Shown here one piece after another: positions 8,394 through 16,765 of a DNA stretch of 20,365 bases. Every line of letters begins with the position of its first letter. The stretch's first letter is position 1. The notes under the pieces are model-generated. The model had not been told where the DNA came from. It saw only the letters and a list, made by a program, of their open reading frames with translations, and did no database searches. The DNA lies in contig JBJMMA010000141.1 in NCBI GenBank assembly GCA_045805065.1, positions 1-20,365 of the forward strand, in the 5' to 3' direction. The position numbers and the translations under genes were made by a program. Source of the stretch: Bdellovibrionia bacterium. Lineage in GTDB: Bacteria > Bdellovibrionota > UBA1018.

Positions 8394-8555
8394 TCAGTAT
8401 TTTGCGGAGTGATAGAGATTCTTTATATACTCGTGGGGAATCGCCTGCGTGACGCTCGCCGGTCCTCGATCACCGTCCTGCTGGGTTGCGGCAAAAACCG
8501 CGACACCCAACATCACAAACAATCCAGCAATCGAAACGACAAATACCTTTGGCAT
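8394..8555 (-). CDS. Small (53 aa) putative secreted or membrane-anchored protein
   Basis: Below the ORF-track cutoff. Manual translation MPKVFVVSIAGLFVMLGVAVFAATQQDGDRGPASVTQAIPHEYIKNLYHSAKY*: signal-peptide-like N-terminus, RGPAS motif, SD AAGGGA, own sigma28-like promoter. Confidence 0.72.
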   Translation of the reverse strand: MPKVFVVSIAGLFVMLGVAVFAATQQDGDRGPASVTQAIPHEYIKNLYHSAKY

Positions 8556-8575
8556 AAGAGTTTCCCTTTTGTTTC

Positions 8576-8603
8576 TCTTCGGTCAGGCGATGAAAAAACT
8601 TTA
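8576..8603 (-). promoter_or_regulatory. Putative sigma28 (FliA) promoter for the 53-aa ORF
   Basis: Minus strand TAAAGTTT...: TAAA-N16-ACCGAAGA versus the sigma28 consensus TAAA-N15/16-GCCGATAA. Confidence 0.6.
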
Positions 8604-8614
8604 GGGAAATTTAA

Positions 8615-8646
8615 AGGAATGATGACGGCAATGCGTCATCATTCCT
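8615..8646 (-). terminator. Stem-loop, probable intrinsic terminator of the MCP gene
   Basis: Perfect 13-bp inverted repeat (plus strand AGGAATGATGACG-gcaatg-CGTCATCATTCCT) 33 nt past the MCP stop, followed on the minus strand by TTAAATTT. Confidence 0.7.
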
Positions 8647-8679
8647 CCATTACCTTACCTCAAATACTCTTTGGCACTC

Positions 8680-10416
8680 TCAGGCGATATCCTTGAATCC
8701 ATCATGGTCATGACCTGGGATTGCGTTGATATTCGTCACTTTACCCGAAGACTCGGTTGTGTTCGCAGGAGCCGACACGGCTGCTTTTGCGCTCGGCTTC
8801 TCGCTTCGCTTGCGAGGAGATCTCGGCTTTTCAGCTGTCACTTTCTGAGTGTGCGTCTCCCCTTGCTTGCCTTCAATCGCAGATACCAGCTGGTCCACTG
8901 CGGATTTCAACACTTCCGCCTCAAGCGAAAGATCCTCAGCCGCTCTTGCAGCTTGCTCGCCTGCCGCTGAGTTTTGTTGCGTGACCTGATCCAGCTGGCT
9001 CATCGCTTTGTTGATTTCCGAGATCCCTTGCGCCTGTTCCTGGCTTGCGGATGAAATCTCGCTGGCCATCGTTGCCGTACTTGAAGCATCCGTCACGATG
9101 TTCTCAAGCACTTCTCCGCAACGCTTTGCCACTTCCACTCCCTCATTCACCTCGTGCTTGCCTTGTTGAGCAAGGGTCTCCACCTTTGTACGGGTCTCAG
9201 CGACCAGGCTTTCCACCTTTTTAATGCTGTTTTCAAGAAGACCTGTAATCTCCTTGGCGGCGTTTCCACTCATTTGAGCAAGATTGCCGACTTCTTCGGC
9301 GACTACGGCAAATCCCTTTCCATGCTCACCGGCGCGCGCAGCCTCAACGGATGCGTTGAAGGACAGGAGCTTGGTTTGGAAAACGATGTCATTGATGACT
9401 TTGGTCTTGGCGCCGATCTCCTGGATCACGTTCACGACATCCGCCATCTTCTGATTGCTCTCATTGATCTCAGTCATGATCTGCGCGTTGCTCTGATTGA
9501 TTCTTTCCATGGAATGAATCATCTGCTCAACGGCTTGCTTGCCTTCGTTCGAAGTTTCACGCGAGCGTGCCGAGGTTTCAGCCGTCTTCTTGGCGTTCTC
9601 AGTGTTCTTTCCGATCATCGAGCTCATTTCCTCGATGGACGCAGCGGTCTCCTCAAGAGATGCGGCCTGCTCGGAAGTCGATTGCGAAAGCTCCTGAGAA
9701 GCAGATGCAATCTGACGCGAGGAGCTTGCGACTTGAATGGAGCTCTTGTTCAACGAATCAATGATCTGAGCCACAGCCTTGCTGAAAGCGCGAACAATGA
9801 AGAAACACAAAACTCCGCCCGCAAGCAGAGCCAATACACCGGCAAGGATGCTGTCTCGACGAGAACTTTCGTATTCCTTTTGAGCATCTACCGAAGCATC
9901 GGACATGCGCTTCTCGTTCAGGCTGACAATCTCAATGAGAGTTCCGCCCATGATTTTTCGAAGCTGAGTAGCCTTGATCTGAGCAGTCTTTTGAGCCTCT
10001 TCATACTTTTGCTCGTGGACAAACTTTTCCATTTCTTCAATGGCGCTCCACCACGCATCAAACTGTTCCTGATATTTTTTGGCGAGGGTTTTTCCTTCGG
10101 CGGCCGCAATATCGATAAATCGATTGAGACTGTCCTGCATGGCCTTCTTCTTGGCCAGCATCTCAGACTCGATTTTCTCTTGCTCGGCTTTATCGCGCGA
10201 CAAAACAAGGTCACGCATCTTGATCGCAATGCTCAGCTGGGCGCTATTGACGTCGTTCATGCTGTCGATGCGTTGATAAAGAGTGCCGGTAATATTGGAG
10301 AGCGAGTTATTCAGGCTGGAGAGCTTGGCAATCCCCATGAAAACCGAGAACACATTCGATACAACAAAGATTGAAACGACAAAGTAGATTTTAGCGTTGA
10401 GACTCCAGCTTTTCAT
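8680..10416 (-). CDS. Methyl-accepting chemotaxis protein with four-helix-bundle periplasmic sensor
   Basis: Two TM segments flank a helical periplasmic domain; signalling hairpin [37 protein letters not shown]; methylation helices [15 protein letters not shown] and QQNSAAGEQ. Confidence 0.96.
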   Translation of the reverse strand: MKSWSLNAKIYFVVSIFVVSNVFSVFMGIAKLSSLNNSLSNITGTLYQRIDSMNDVNSAQLSIAIKMRDLVLSRDKAEQEKIESEMLAKKKAMQDSLNRFIDIAAAEGKTLAKKYQEQFDAWWSAIEEMEKFVHEQKYEEAQKTAQIKATQLRKIMGGTLIEIVSLNEKRMSDASVDAQKEYESSRRDSILAGVLALLAGGVLCFFIVRAFSKAVAQIIDSLNKSSIQVASSSRQIASASQELSQSTSEQAASLEETAASIEEMSSMIGKNTENAKKTAETSARSRETSNEGKQAVEQMIHSMERINQSNAQIMTEINESNQKMADVVNVIQEIGAKTKVINDIVFQTKLLSFNASVEAARAGEHGKGFAVVAEEVGNLAQMSGNAAKEITGLLENSIKKVESLVAETRTKVETLAQQGKHEVNEGVEVAKRCGEVLENIVTDASSTATMASEISSASQEQAQGISEINKAMSQLDQVTQQNSAAGEQAARAAEDLSLEAEVLKSAVDQLVSAIEGKQGETHTQKVTAEKPRSPRKRSEKPSAKAAVSAPANTTESSGKVTNINAIPGHDHDGFKDIA

Positions 10417-10472
10417 AAATGGTTCCTTTTAATGAAACGGCCAATAGGTAAATTTCTCGCCTGACACTTCAT

Positions 10473-10500
10473 GGATCGGAAACAACTCTGATTTACTTTT
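10473..10500 (-). promoter_or_regulatory. Putative sigma28 promoter for the MCP gene
   Basis: Minus strand AAAAG-N15-TCCGATCC, the same spacing as the 8576-8603 site, upstream of a chemoreceptor. Confidence 0.5.
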
Positions 10501-10617
10501 GATTAAGATTTATAAATGAATTTGAAGGAGCGCCTGACTTTGCCGCCAAGTTACTGACGGTAAAACTCAACAGGAAGACTTGCCGCAGGGCACCCCTATA
10601 TGCGAATAGTGTCCTAT

Positions 10618-12402
10618 ATGGAACGCTACGCAAAACAGGCGGCTCAGGCCCTCAATCAAGTTCTTCCGGCTTATGGCATTGAGCCACTTCAGGCATCTGA
10701 CCTTGAAACCCCGCCTGATCCAAAGCTCGGGGACTTTGGCTTTCCGTGCTTTAAGTTAGCGAAACCTTTACGTAAAGCGCCTCCACAAGTAGCCGCGCAG
10801 ATTGTCGATGAACTCAAAGCCAAGGGCGCTGTCCCTGCTGGTCTTGAAGTCGCAGCGGTCGGTCCTTATGTGAACTTTACCGTTCCACCCCAGGAAGTCC
10901 TGCGCTCCCTTCTGAAAGATCTTTTGAGCGGTCCAGGGCTTGGTCACTATGGACAGCTCGATGCATCCAGCCGCGGCACTTGGGTGCTGGAGTACAGCTC
11001 CCCGAACGTCGCAAAGCCTCTGAACATCTATCACCTTCGCACGACTGCCCTGGGTGCGGTGCTCGATCGCGTGGGCCGTTATCGCGGCTACAAGGTCGTC
11101 TCGATCAATCACTTGGGCGATTGGGGCAAACAATACGGAATGCTCACGGTGGCGTTCGAGCATTTCAAGATCCCTCTCGATCGCGAGCTTACGATGATGG
11201 AGCTTGTGAATCTTTATGTGAAGATTAACGCCGAGGCCGCTCAAGATCCAACCATTGAAGATCGCGCTCGCGAAGCATTCCTCAAGCTCGAAAAAGGCGA
11301 TCCAACGATCACTGCTTTCTGGCAAAAATGCGTCGACATCTCGATCCGAGAGTTTGACCGAATCTATAAGCGCCTGAACGTCCACTTTGATCACATCTGG
11401 GGCGAAAGCTATTACAAAGACCAGCTGGATCCCCTGCTTGCCGACCTCAAGAAGAAAGGCATTCTTGTTGAGAGCGAAGGCGCCTGGGTGGTTCCAGTCA
11501 CGGATCGCGAAGGAAAAGAGCTTCCCCCCTGCATTCTTCAAAAGAGCGATGGCGCAACGATTTACGCGACTCGCGATATCGCGGCCGCTGTTTATCGCTT
11601 TGAGAAGTTCCATTTTGATCGCATGACTTACATCGTGGGCGGCGAGCAGCGCCTGCACTTCCAGCAAGTCTTCAGCGTTCTAAGAAAAATGGGCTGCAAT
11701 TGGGAGCCTCGTTGCGAGCACGTCCCTACCGGGCTTTATCGCTTCAAAGACGCCAAGATGTCGACCCGTAAGGGCAACTTTGTCACCTTGGAAGACGTTC
11801 TTGAGATCGCAAAAGAGCGCGTCACTCAGCTGATGAACGATCGCGCAGCCAAGGCGGCGGCCGAAGGCACAGGCATCGCAACCGCACCTGACGCCGCAAC
11901 GACTGAAGCCATTGCCGTGGGCGCTGTCGTGTTCCATGATCTTTCGACCGATCCAGCCCGTGATGTTGAGTTTGATCTTGAGCGCGTCGTGGATTTCGAA
12001 GGCGAAACTGGCCCCTACTTGCAATACGCTCACACCCGCTGCCTGAGCATTCTACGCAAGGCGCGCGATACAGGTCAGTCCAAGCAAGAAATCGGAAGCG
12101 CTGAGATGTTCTCAGAAGCACTGATTGCAAAGCTTGGAAAGCCAGAAGAGCTTGCACTGGTGAAAGCCCTGGGCCAGTTCCCACTTCATCTGGAGCGCAC
12201 CTTGCGTTTTGGAAAGGCAAGTCAGCTGGCTCACTATCTGATCGATGTGACCAAGGTCTTTGGTGCGTTCTATCGTGAGTGCCGTGTTCTTGGGGAAGAG
12301 CCAGAGCTCACTCAAGCACGCTTGATGCTCGTTGATGCCACTCGCCGCATTTTGGCGCAGGGACTTGGCCTCCTCGGCATTCCGCTGCCTGAAAAGATGT
12401 AA
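10618..12402 (+). CDS. argS: Arginine--tRNA ligase
   Basis: PPDPKLGDFGFPCF, GPYVNF, EYSSPNVAKP, INHLGDWGKQYG, KSDGATIYATRDIAA, KMSTRKG, FEGETGPYLQYAHTR, LGIPLPEKM*. Start is ATG 10618 or 10600. Confidence 0.97.
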   Translation: MERYAKQAAQALNQVLPAYGIEPLQASDLETPPDPKLGDFGFPCFKLAKPLRKAPPQVAAQIVDELKAKGAVPAGLEVAAVGPYVNFTVPPQEVLRSLLKDLLSGPGLGHYGQLDASSRGTWVLEYSSPNVAKPLNIYHLRTTALGAVLDRVGRYRGYKVVSINHLGDWGKQYGMLTVAFEHFKIPLDRELTMMELVNLYVKINAEAAQDPTIEDRAREAFLKLEKGDPTITAFWQKCVDISIREFDRIYKRLNVHFDHIWGESYYKDQLDPLLADLKKKGILVESEGAWVVPVTDREGKELPPCILQKSDGATIYATRDIAAAVYRFEKFHFDRMTYIVGGEQRLHFQQVFSVLRKMGCNWEPRCEHVPTGLYRFKDAKMSTRKGNFVTLEDVLEIAKERVTQLMNDRAAKAAAEGTGIATAPDAATTEAIAVGAVVFHDLSTDPARDVEFDLERVVDFEGETGPYLQYAHTRCLSILRKARDTGQSKQEIGSAEMFSEALIAKLGKPEELALVKALGQFPLHLERTLRFGKASQLAHYLIDVTKVFGAFYRECRVLGEEPELTQARLMLVDATRRILAQGLGLLGIPLPEKM

Positions 12403-12404
12403 CC

Positions 12405-12639
12405 AAAAGGTGGTCGCCTCCTTTTTGTAGCGCATACGCGTCATGACTGCCAAGCGTGAGCAAATCAAAGCGAGTTCAGAACTTAGATAAAATCCCTCGC
12501 TGCGACTTCCTGTCGCAGTTTCTGGACGGCATCCTGCCTGAAACGGCTCGGGCTTTATCTAAGTTCCGAACTCGTTTTGATTTGATCGGACTTCGGTTGT
12601 TGCTGCAGGTGCGCTACCAAAAAGAGCCGGATACCTTTT
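12405..12639 (+). ncRNA. Candidate structured ncRNA or MITE-like palindromic element (~235 nt nested inverted repeats)
   Basis: 12461-12491 pairs with 12554-12584 (31 bp, 29 Watson-Crick); 12421-12434 with 12610-12624; 12405-12411 with 12633-12639. Internal hairpins at 12500-12518 and 12518-12544. G-U wobbles and a cUUCGg loop favour the + strand. Family not identified. Confidence 0.5.
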
Positions 12640-12650
12640 CGCCTATTCGA

Positions 12651-13643
12651 TTATCTGAGGATGATCGTTAGGAGGATTTCTCGCGATTCGAACTTTAGGA
12701 TTCGCGTGTCGCCCTTCTCTTGAAGTTCGCCATCGAAGTGAACTTTCGGCTCCTTAGACCCCAACTCCTTTAACACATCGCCTTTGAGCCAGCCTGAGAC
12801 GTGAATGTCTTTTCCGGTTGCTTGAGAGAACTGCAATACGATTGAGCGCGGTGTTTGAGGATTTGTCCCCCCCACAGGGGCTAACTGGAACTTGATGTCG
12901 CCTTTTAGGTTTGTTGCATTCTCAATCTGAGTCTTTGCCTGAGCATCGATTTGCATTAGCCCTGTGCTGCTCGACGCAGGCAAGACCAGAATGCCTTTCC
13001 AATTACCGGCAAATTCAGGCTTGAGTGAGTCTGGTGCTTTTGAAGAAAGTCTTAAAAGCGGGCCGCGGGATTTTGGAACTCCGACAGGCGCTTCCTGGAT
13101 CCGATCTTTGACCCAAGGCATTTGCTCTTTCTGATAGAACTTCTCTAAAAGCGTATTGGCTTTAGGGGTCGCGATTTTTCGCAAGGCTTGTCCCGCTGCT
13201 ACACGAGTCTGAGGATCATCGTGCGAGAGAAAGCCTGCGATAAAATCGGTTTCGCTGGCACCAGCTGCGTTTCCTACCGATTGAATGGCCCCGTTTCGGA
13301 TCGCGTCTTGTTGGCTCGATTCGGCCTGCTTTTTCAAAAACGCAATCGCCTCAGGATCATGATACCAGCCCAACGCCTCAACCAGGCGAAGGCGCTGATA
13401 AATGCCCTGGGTTTTCCCATAAAGCGCGATGATCGCGTGAGGAGCCTCGGGCCCAAGACTTTGCCACCAGACTGGAGTATCCGTCGGATGACGTTCTGAG
13501 ATCTTCTCTTGAATGATCTCTTCCAGATCCGAGCCTGCCGCAAAAACTGAAAAACAAGTCATGGCAAGCACGCCGGTCAGGACGCAGATTGCGAGAAGAT
13601 TAAAGCTCAGAGCGGCGGGTTTTCGAGTCATGGTAGAATTCAT
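12651..13643 (-). CDS. Exported HEAT/PBS-lyase-repeat protein with beta-rich C-terminal domain
   Basis: Hydrophobic N-terminal signal ending VFA. HEAT-like repeats QRLRLVEALG, IRNGAIQSVG, LSHDDPQTRVAAGQALRKI. Starts 8 bp after the protease stop. Confidence 0.75.
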   Translation of the reverse strand: MNSTMTRKPAALSFNLLAICVLTGVLAMTCFSVFAAGSDLEEIIQEKISERHPTDTPVWWQSLGPEAPHAIIALYGKTQGIYQRLRLVEALGWYHDPEAIAFLKKQAESSQQDAIRNGAIQSVGNAAGASETDFIAGFLSHDDPQTRVAAGQALRKIATPKANTLLEKFYQKEQMPWVKDRIQEAPVGVPKSRGPLLRLSSKAPDSLKPEFAGNWKGILVLPASSSTGLMQIDAQAKTQIENATNLKGDIKFQLAPVGGTNPQTPRSIVLQFSQATGKDIHVSGWLKGDVLKELGSKEPKVHFDGELQEKGDTRILKFESREILLTIILR

Positions 13644-13651
13644 TTTTAACC

Positions 13652-15394
13652 CTATTGGATATACGAGCTGTAGTTGATGATCCCACCCGAATGAGGCGAG
13701 AAAAGTTTTCCATCACCGGTCCCGGAAGCCGTGTCCCAATGCTTCGTTGTCCACCACATGATGTGATTGAACTGGCACTCTGTCGCCGTGGCGCAAAAGC
13801 TGGTGCTCCCGTTATACCCGGAACATGCAGCATTGCAGGTACTTCCGCTCCCTTGAAAAGCGTGATTGTCCAGGAGCCTGCACGAGTTGATGGAGAGATA
13901 TCCATTGATGTTGGTTGCCGAGCAGACCGGAGTGTCATCCACTGAATCATGAACCGTCCCATCACTCTCGCTCGGATGATTCAGCCCCAGGTAATGCCCC
14001 AGTTCGTGCGTAATGGTTTCAGAGAACTCGGCAAACTCAGGTTCAAGCGTCGTATCAGAACAAGGGTCCGTCGAACAAAGCGGGTTATAGGAATCCAGCG
14101 CGTCCACGACAGAAAAGGATGCGCCACTGATAGGTCCCGCCAGGCTTACGGATCCTCCGATTGCGCCCGCCATGCCTAAAATGGTGAGGTTGCTGGAGTC
14201 TGAAGAAGGAAGTTTATTGACCATGTAAATGTTCACCGACTTTCCTTCGGATGAGGAAGGAAGAAGCGGGGCCGAATTGAGGTAGAGATAACTCAAATCG
14301 GTGATGGGTGTTTCAGCGTAGTAATCTCCGCACTGATCACAAGGAAACTCAATGGCGTTGATCGCGCCGAGCTTCACGCCGGTGCCTGCCTGATTGTAAT
14401 AACTGTAGACCTTGCTGAAGAGCGTATTGAGATTCGCCTGCCCCTTTGTGGTGCGGGAGGCCTGAACGTTTTTTGTTCCAACCAGAATCACGTTGAGATC
14501 AATGGCGCCGCCCGCGCTCTGATCGGTCTTTTTCACAACCGTCACATCAATATCAGCGGTGTAACCGTTGATCGACTTATAGCTGTTGGCCAGAAGCACG
14601 TACTTGGCCGTGTAATTAACCCCGTAGCGAAGCCTTGGCGTGGCATAGCCCGCGCCTGTCGGAAAAAAAGTCGAATTGAAAGCGCATTCAGGCTGCGACG
14701 AATCAGGAGGCACATTGCCCCCCGTCCAATTGCAGGTCGGAAACGTGTTCACGCTGGGATAAGGCTGAGAGGCGTCCGAGTCTGAAGTCGGAAGCGTGAC
14801 TTGATGCTGTTCCCATTCAGTGCGGTTATGGTACGCGCTGGGCCACTGAACCGTGCATCCGCTATTGGCCGAGCAATAGCCTCCCGAGCAGGAGTAGTAC
14901 CCGGAACTTGCGCAATCGCCTGCGGCGCCTGAGCGCTCAAGATGGATGTACTCATTGGTGCCATCGGAGAGTGAAACCAGAACCGGATATGCGTTCCCAT
15001 AGAGGCCCGAAGGAAAGTTCTTCACTTTAGCCTCAAGAGTCAGTGAGCCATAAGGCCCAAGGTCTGAGGACATATCGATCGTAAAAGTGACTTCACGCGT
15101 GGCAGGCGCCGCCTGCTCAAGCCCCGTCAAAGGGACGCCAGTCTGGCTCAGAGTCGTGCGCGATACCGTCGCAGATCCATCGTGATTCGAGCTCGCCACT
15201 CCAGCCACATTGGGAATCCAGGGAGAGCCACTGAGCGATGGGCAGGATGAAGTCCCGCTGCAGCTTCCTGCAAGAGGATAGCTTTTTGACGACTTCGATG
15301 TGCTGCTGCCTCCCCCGCTTCCGCATGAGGACACGACTAAAACCGCGCTTACAAAGACAAAAGCGGCGGAAGTGAATGTGACCAAACGCGACAT
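13652..15394 (-). CDS. Cys-rich zinc metalloprotease lipoprotein (metzincin, M43/pappalysin-like)
   Basis: Lipoprotein signal ...LVVSS-C followed by a Ser/Gly linker; HELGHYLGLNH (HExxHxxGxxH); DSVDDTP (M43-type DxxxDTP); candidate Met-turn NHIMWW; ILGMAG strand. SD GGAG. Confidence 0.85.
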   Translation of the reverse strand: MSRLVTFTSAAFVFVSAVLVVSSCGSGGGSSTSKSSKSYPLAGSCSGTSSCPSLSGSPWIPNVAGVASSNHDGSATVSRTTLSQTGVPLTGLEQAAPATREVTFTIDMSSDLGPYGSLTLEAKVKNFPSGLYGNAYPVLVSLSDGTNEYIHLERSGAAGDCASSGYYSCSGGYCSANSGCTVQWPSAYHNRTEWEQHQVTLPTSDSDASQPYPSVNTFPTCNWTGGNVPPDSSQPECAFNSTFFPTGAGYATPRLRYGVNYTAKYVLLANSYKSINGYTADIDVTVVKKTDQSAGGAIDLNVILVGTKNVQASRTTKGQANLNTLFSKVYSYYNQAGTGVKLGAINAIEFPCDQCGDYYAETPITDLSYLYLNSAPLLPSSSEGKSVNIYMVNKLPSSDSSNLTILGMAGAIGGSVSLAGPISGASFSVVDALDSYNPLCSTDPCSDTTLEPEFAEFSETITHELGHYLGLNHPSESDGTVHDSVDDTPVCSATNINGYLSINSCRLLDNHAFQGSGSTCNAACSGYNGSTSFCATATECQFNHIMWWTTKHWDTASGTGDGKLFSPHSGGIINYSSYIQ

Positions 15395-15422
15395 CGAGCG
15401 AGATCTCCAGCGTGACCTCCTC

Positions 15423-15450
15423 TTGTCGGATGGTGAGTGAGTTTTCTAAA
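15423..15450 (-). promoter_or_regulatory. Putative sigma28 promoter for the protease/HEAT pair
   Basis: Minus strand TTTAG-N15-TCCGACAA in the 59-bp intergenic gap, same geometry as the two other sites. Confidence 0.5.
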
Positions 15451-15453
15451 TCC

Positions 15454-16584
15454 CTAACCCTGGAAAATCCGATGCGGCGAGTACTCGCCAACCCAGCTTC
15501 TCAGCTCACTTTGAGATTGATCACCCGCAATTTTGACGAGCGCGAACGTCAGGTTGATCTGCTGCTGTCCCAGGCTTCTGAAATCCAGATTCACCATCTT
15601 GGTCCAGGTGCCCGTGTTGATGTATTGCTTTCCATCGGCGTAAGCCTTGTCCATCGGCTTATGAGTATGGCCGAAGATCACGGTTTTCAGCTCAGACTCC
15701 TGATCCAGGAGTCTTCGAGCCTGCCATTCGAGATCCAGGAAAAACTGCGTTTCCTGCTTTAAGATCTCAGCTGTCACCTTGAGCGAGGCACGGCGTTTCG
15801 GGCTATACACAAATCTTGTTTTCAAAAAGTAGAACGCCGTCAGGAACGAGTAGCGAATCGTAAACCAGGGATCCAGAATCAGCCCAAAGAGAATGAACAC
15901 CTTGATGGGGCGAATCTTATCGAGGTACTGACGCTCCCATTTCAGGCGATTGACGATCTTCAGGACGTAAAAGCTTCCCCATGGAATATTTAGGACCGGC
16001 TCCGAGAGCTTGTTATCAAGTAATGGAGTTTCAAAATTGAGGACGTTCACGGCTTCATACTGGTTACCGTGATGGATCTCAACGCCGCCCGGATATCTCA
16101 CGCGATCGCGATCGACGATGATCTGGACCTTGTCGCTTGGAAAGTGGCCTTCGGGGTCCCATTCACGAATAATCCGCTCACGAACCCTGGGGAAAAACAG
16201 ATCCGCATCATGGTTACCGATCAGGTAAGTGATCTTCTTGCCCGGTTTTGAGGCAAATTTACGAAGTGCAGCCATGACTTTTGGATGGCCTTTGATGCAG
16301 GCCTCGGTTTTGTAGAGAGCAATATCCTCAGTGATGGCATCTTCAAACTCGCCGGCGTACGGCACATTCAGGAAATCGAAAAAGTCGCCATTGATGAAGA
16401 GCTCTACTTGCGCCGGGCCATCGGGGCCCTCGCCAAACTCGCCTGATGAGAAATACTGAAATAACTCACACATTTCGTCGTCAAAGTGGAAGTCTTCGTG
16501 GGGATTGAGGTTCCCCTCAAAAAAGCGCCCGGCCGACAAATGGCAATCACTGATGACGAAGATGACCTTTTCCCACTTTTGCAT
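15454..16584 (-). CDS. Calcineurin-like metallophosphoesterase
   Basis: All five MPP motifs: ISDCH, NGDFFD, GNHD, HHGN, FGHTH; C-terminal YINTGTW; internal hydrophobic segment. Confidence 0.9.
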   Translation of the reverse strand: MQKWEKVIFVISDCHLSAGRFFEGNLNPHEDFHFDDEMCELFQYFSSGEFGEGPDGPAQVELFINGDFFDFLNVPYAGEFEDAITEDIALYKTEACIKGHPKVMAALRKFASKPGKKITYLIGNHDADLFFPRVRERIIREWDPEGHFPSDKVQIIVDRDRVRYPGGVEIHHGNQYEAVNVLNFETPLLDNKLSEPVLNIPWGSFYVLKIVNRLKWERQYLDKIRPIKVFILFGLILDPWFTIRYSFLTAFYFLKTRFVYSPKRRASLKVTAEILKQETQFFLDLEWQARRLLDQESELKTVIFGHTHKPMDKAYADGKQYINTGTWTKMVNLDFRSLGQQQINLTFALVKIAGDQSQSELRSWVGEYSPHRIFQG

Positions 16585-16593
16585 GATGAATCA

Positions 16594-16622
16594 ATTATAA
16601 ACACGATTGACTTTGATGTCTT
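16594..16622 (-). promoter_or_regulatory. Putative sigma70 promoter giving a near-leaderless metallophosphoesterase mRNA
   Basis: Minus strand AAGACA-N17-TATAAT ending 9 nt before the ATG at 16584; no SD. Confidence 0.55.
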
Positions 16623-16765
16623 TCACTCATAAAAAACAGAGTAAAATAAACGGGTTCAAAAGGGTCTTGATAATTCCATGCAGTGCGTTAAGTTAAGCGC
16701 CTCGGGTTTATATTAAGTTATCATTCACATCGCCTGCTACGGCATAACCATTTACGGGAATTTAT

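Noticed and set aside
8409..8696. 95-aa + strand ORF
   Set aside because: Antisense to the better-supported 53-aa ORF and runs through a terminator hairpin.
9154..10374. 406-aa + strand ORF and other long antisense ORFs (5474..6373, 6963..7802, 10768..11667, 18056..19132)
   Set aside because: Shadow frames opposite well-supported genes, with no motifs; expected from codon bias.
12405..12426. Simple intrinsic terminator after argS (AAAAGGTGG-tcg-CCTCCTTTTT)
   Set aside because: Weak, mismatched stem whose bases also form the arm of the larger element. It could be an alternative fold but is not called separately.
12456..12671. 71-aa + strand ORF within the inverted-repeat element
   Set aside because: GTG start without SD, no motifs; the region is better explained by its secondary structure.
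12396..12673. Integron attC, retron msr-msd or CRISPR interpretation of the palindromic element
   Set aside because: Too long for attC and lacks proper RYYYAAC/GTTRRRY ends; no integrase, reverse transcriptase or cas gene in the window; no repeat-spacer periodicity.
16667..16723. Fur-box-like TGATAA / TTATCA half-sites upstream of the ferredoxin
   Set aside because: Half-sites are about 44 nt apart and neither forms a convincing 19-bp Fur box; the region is AT-rich.
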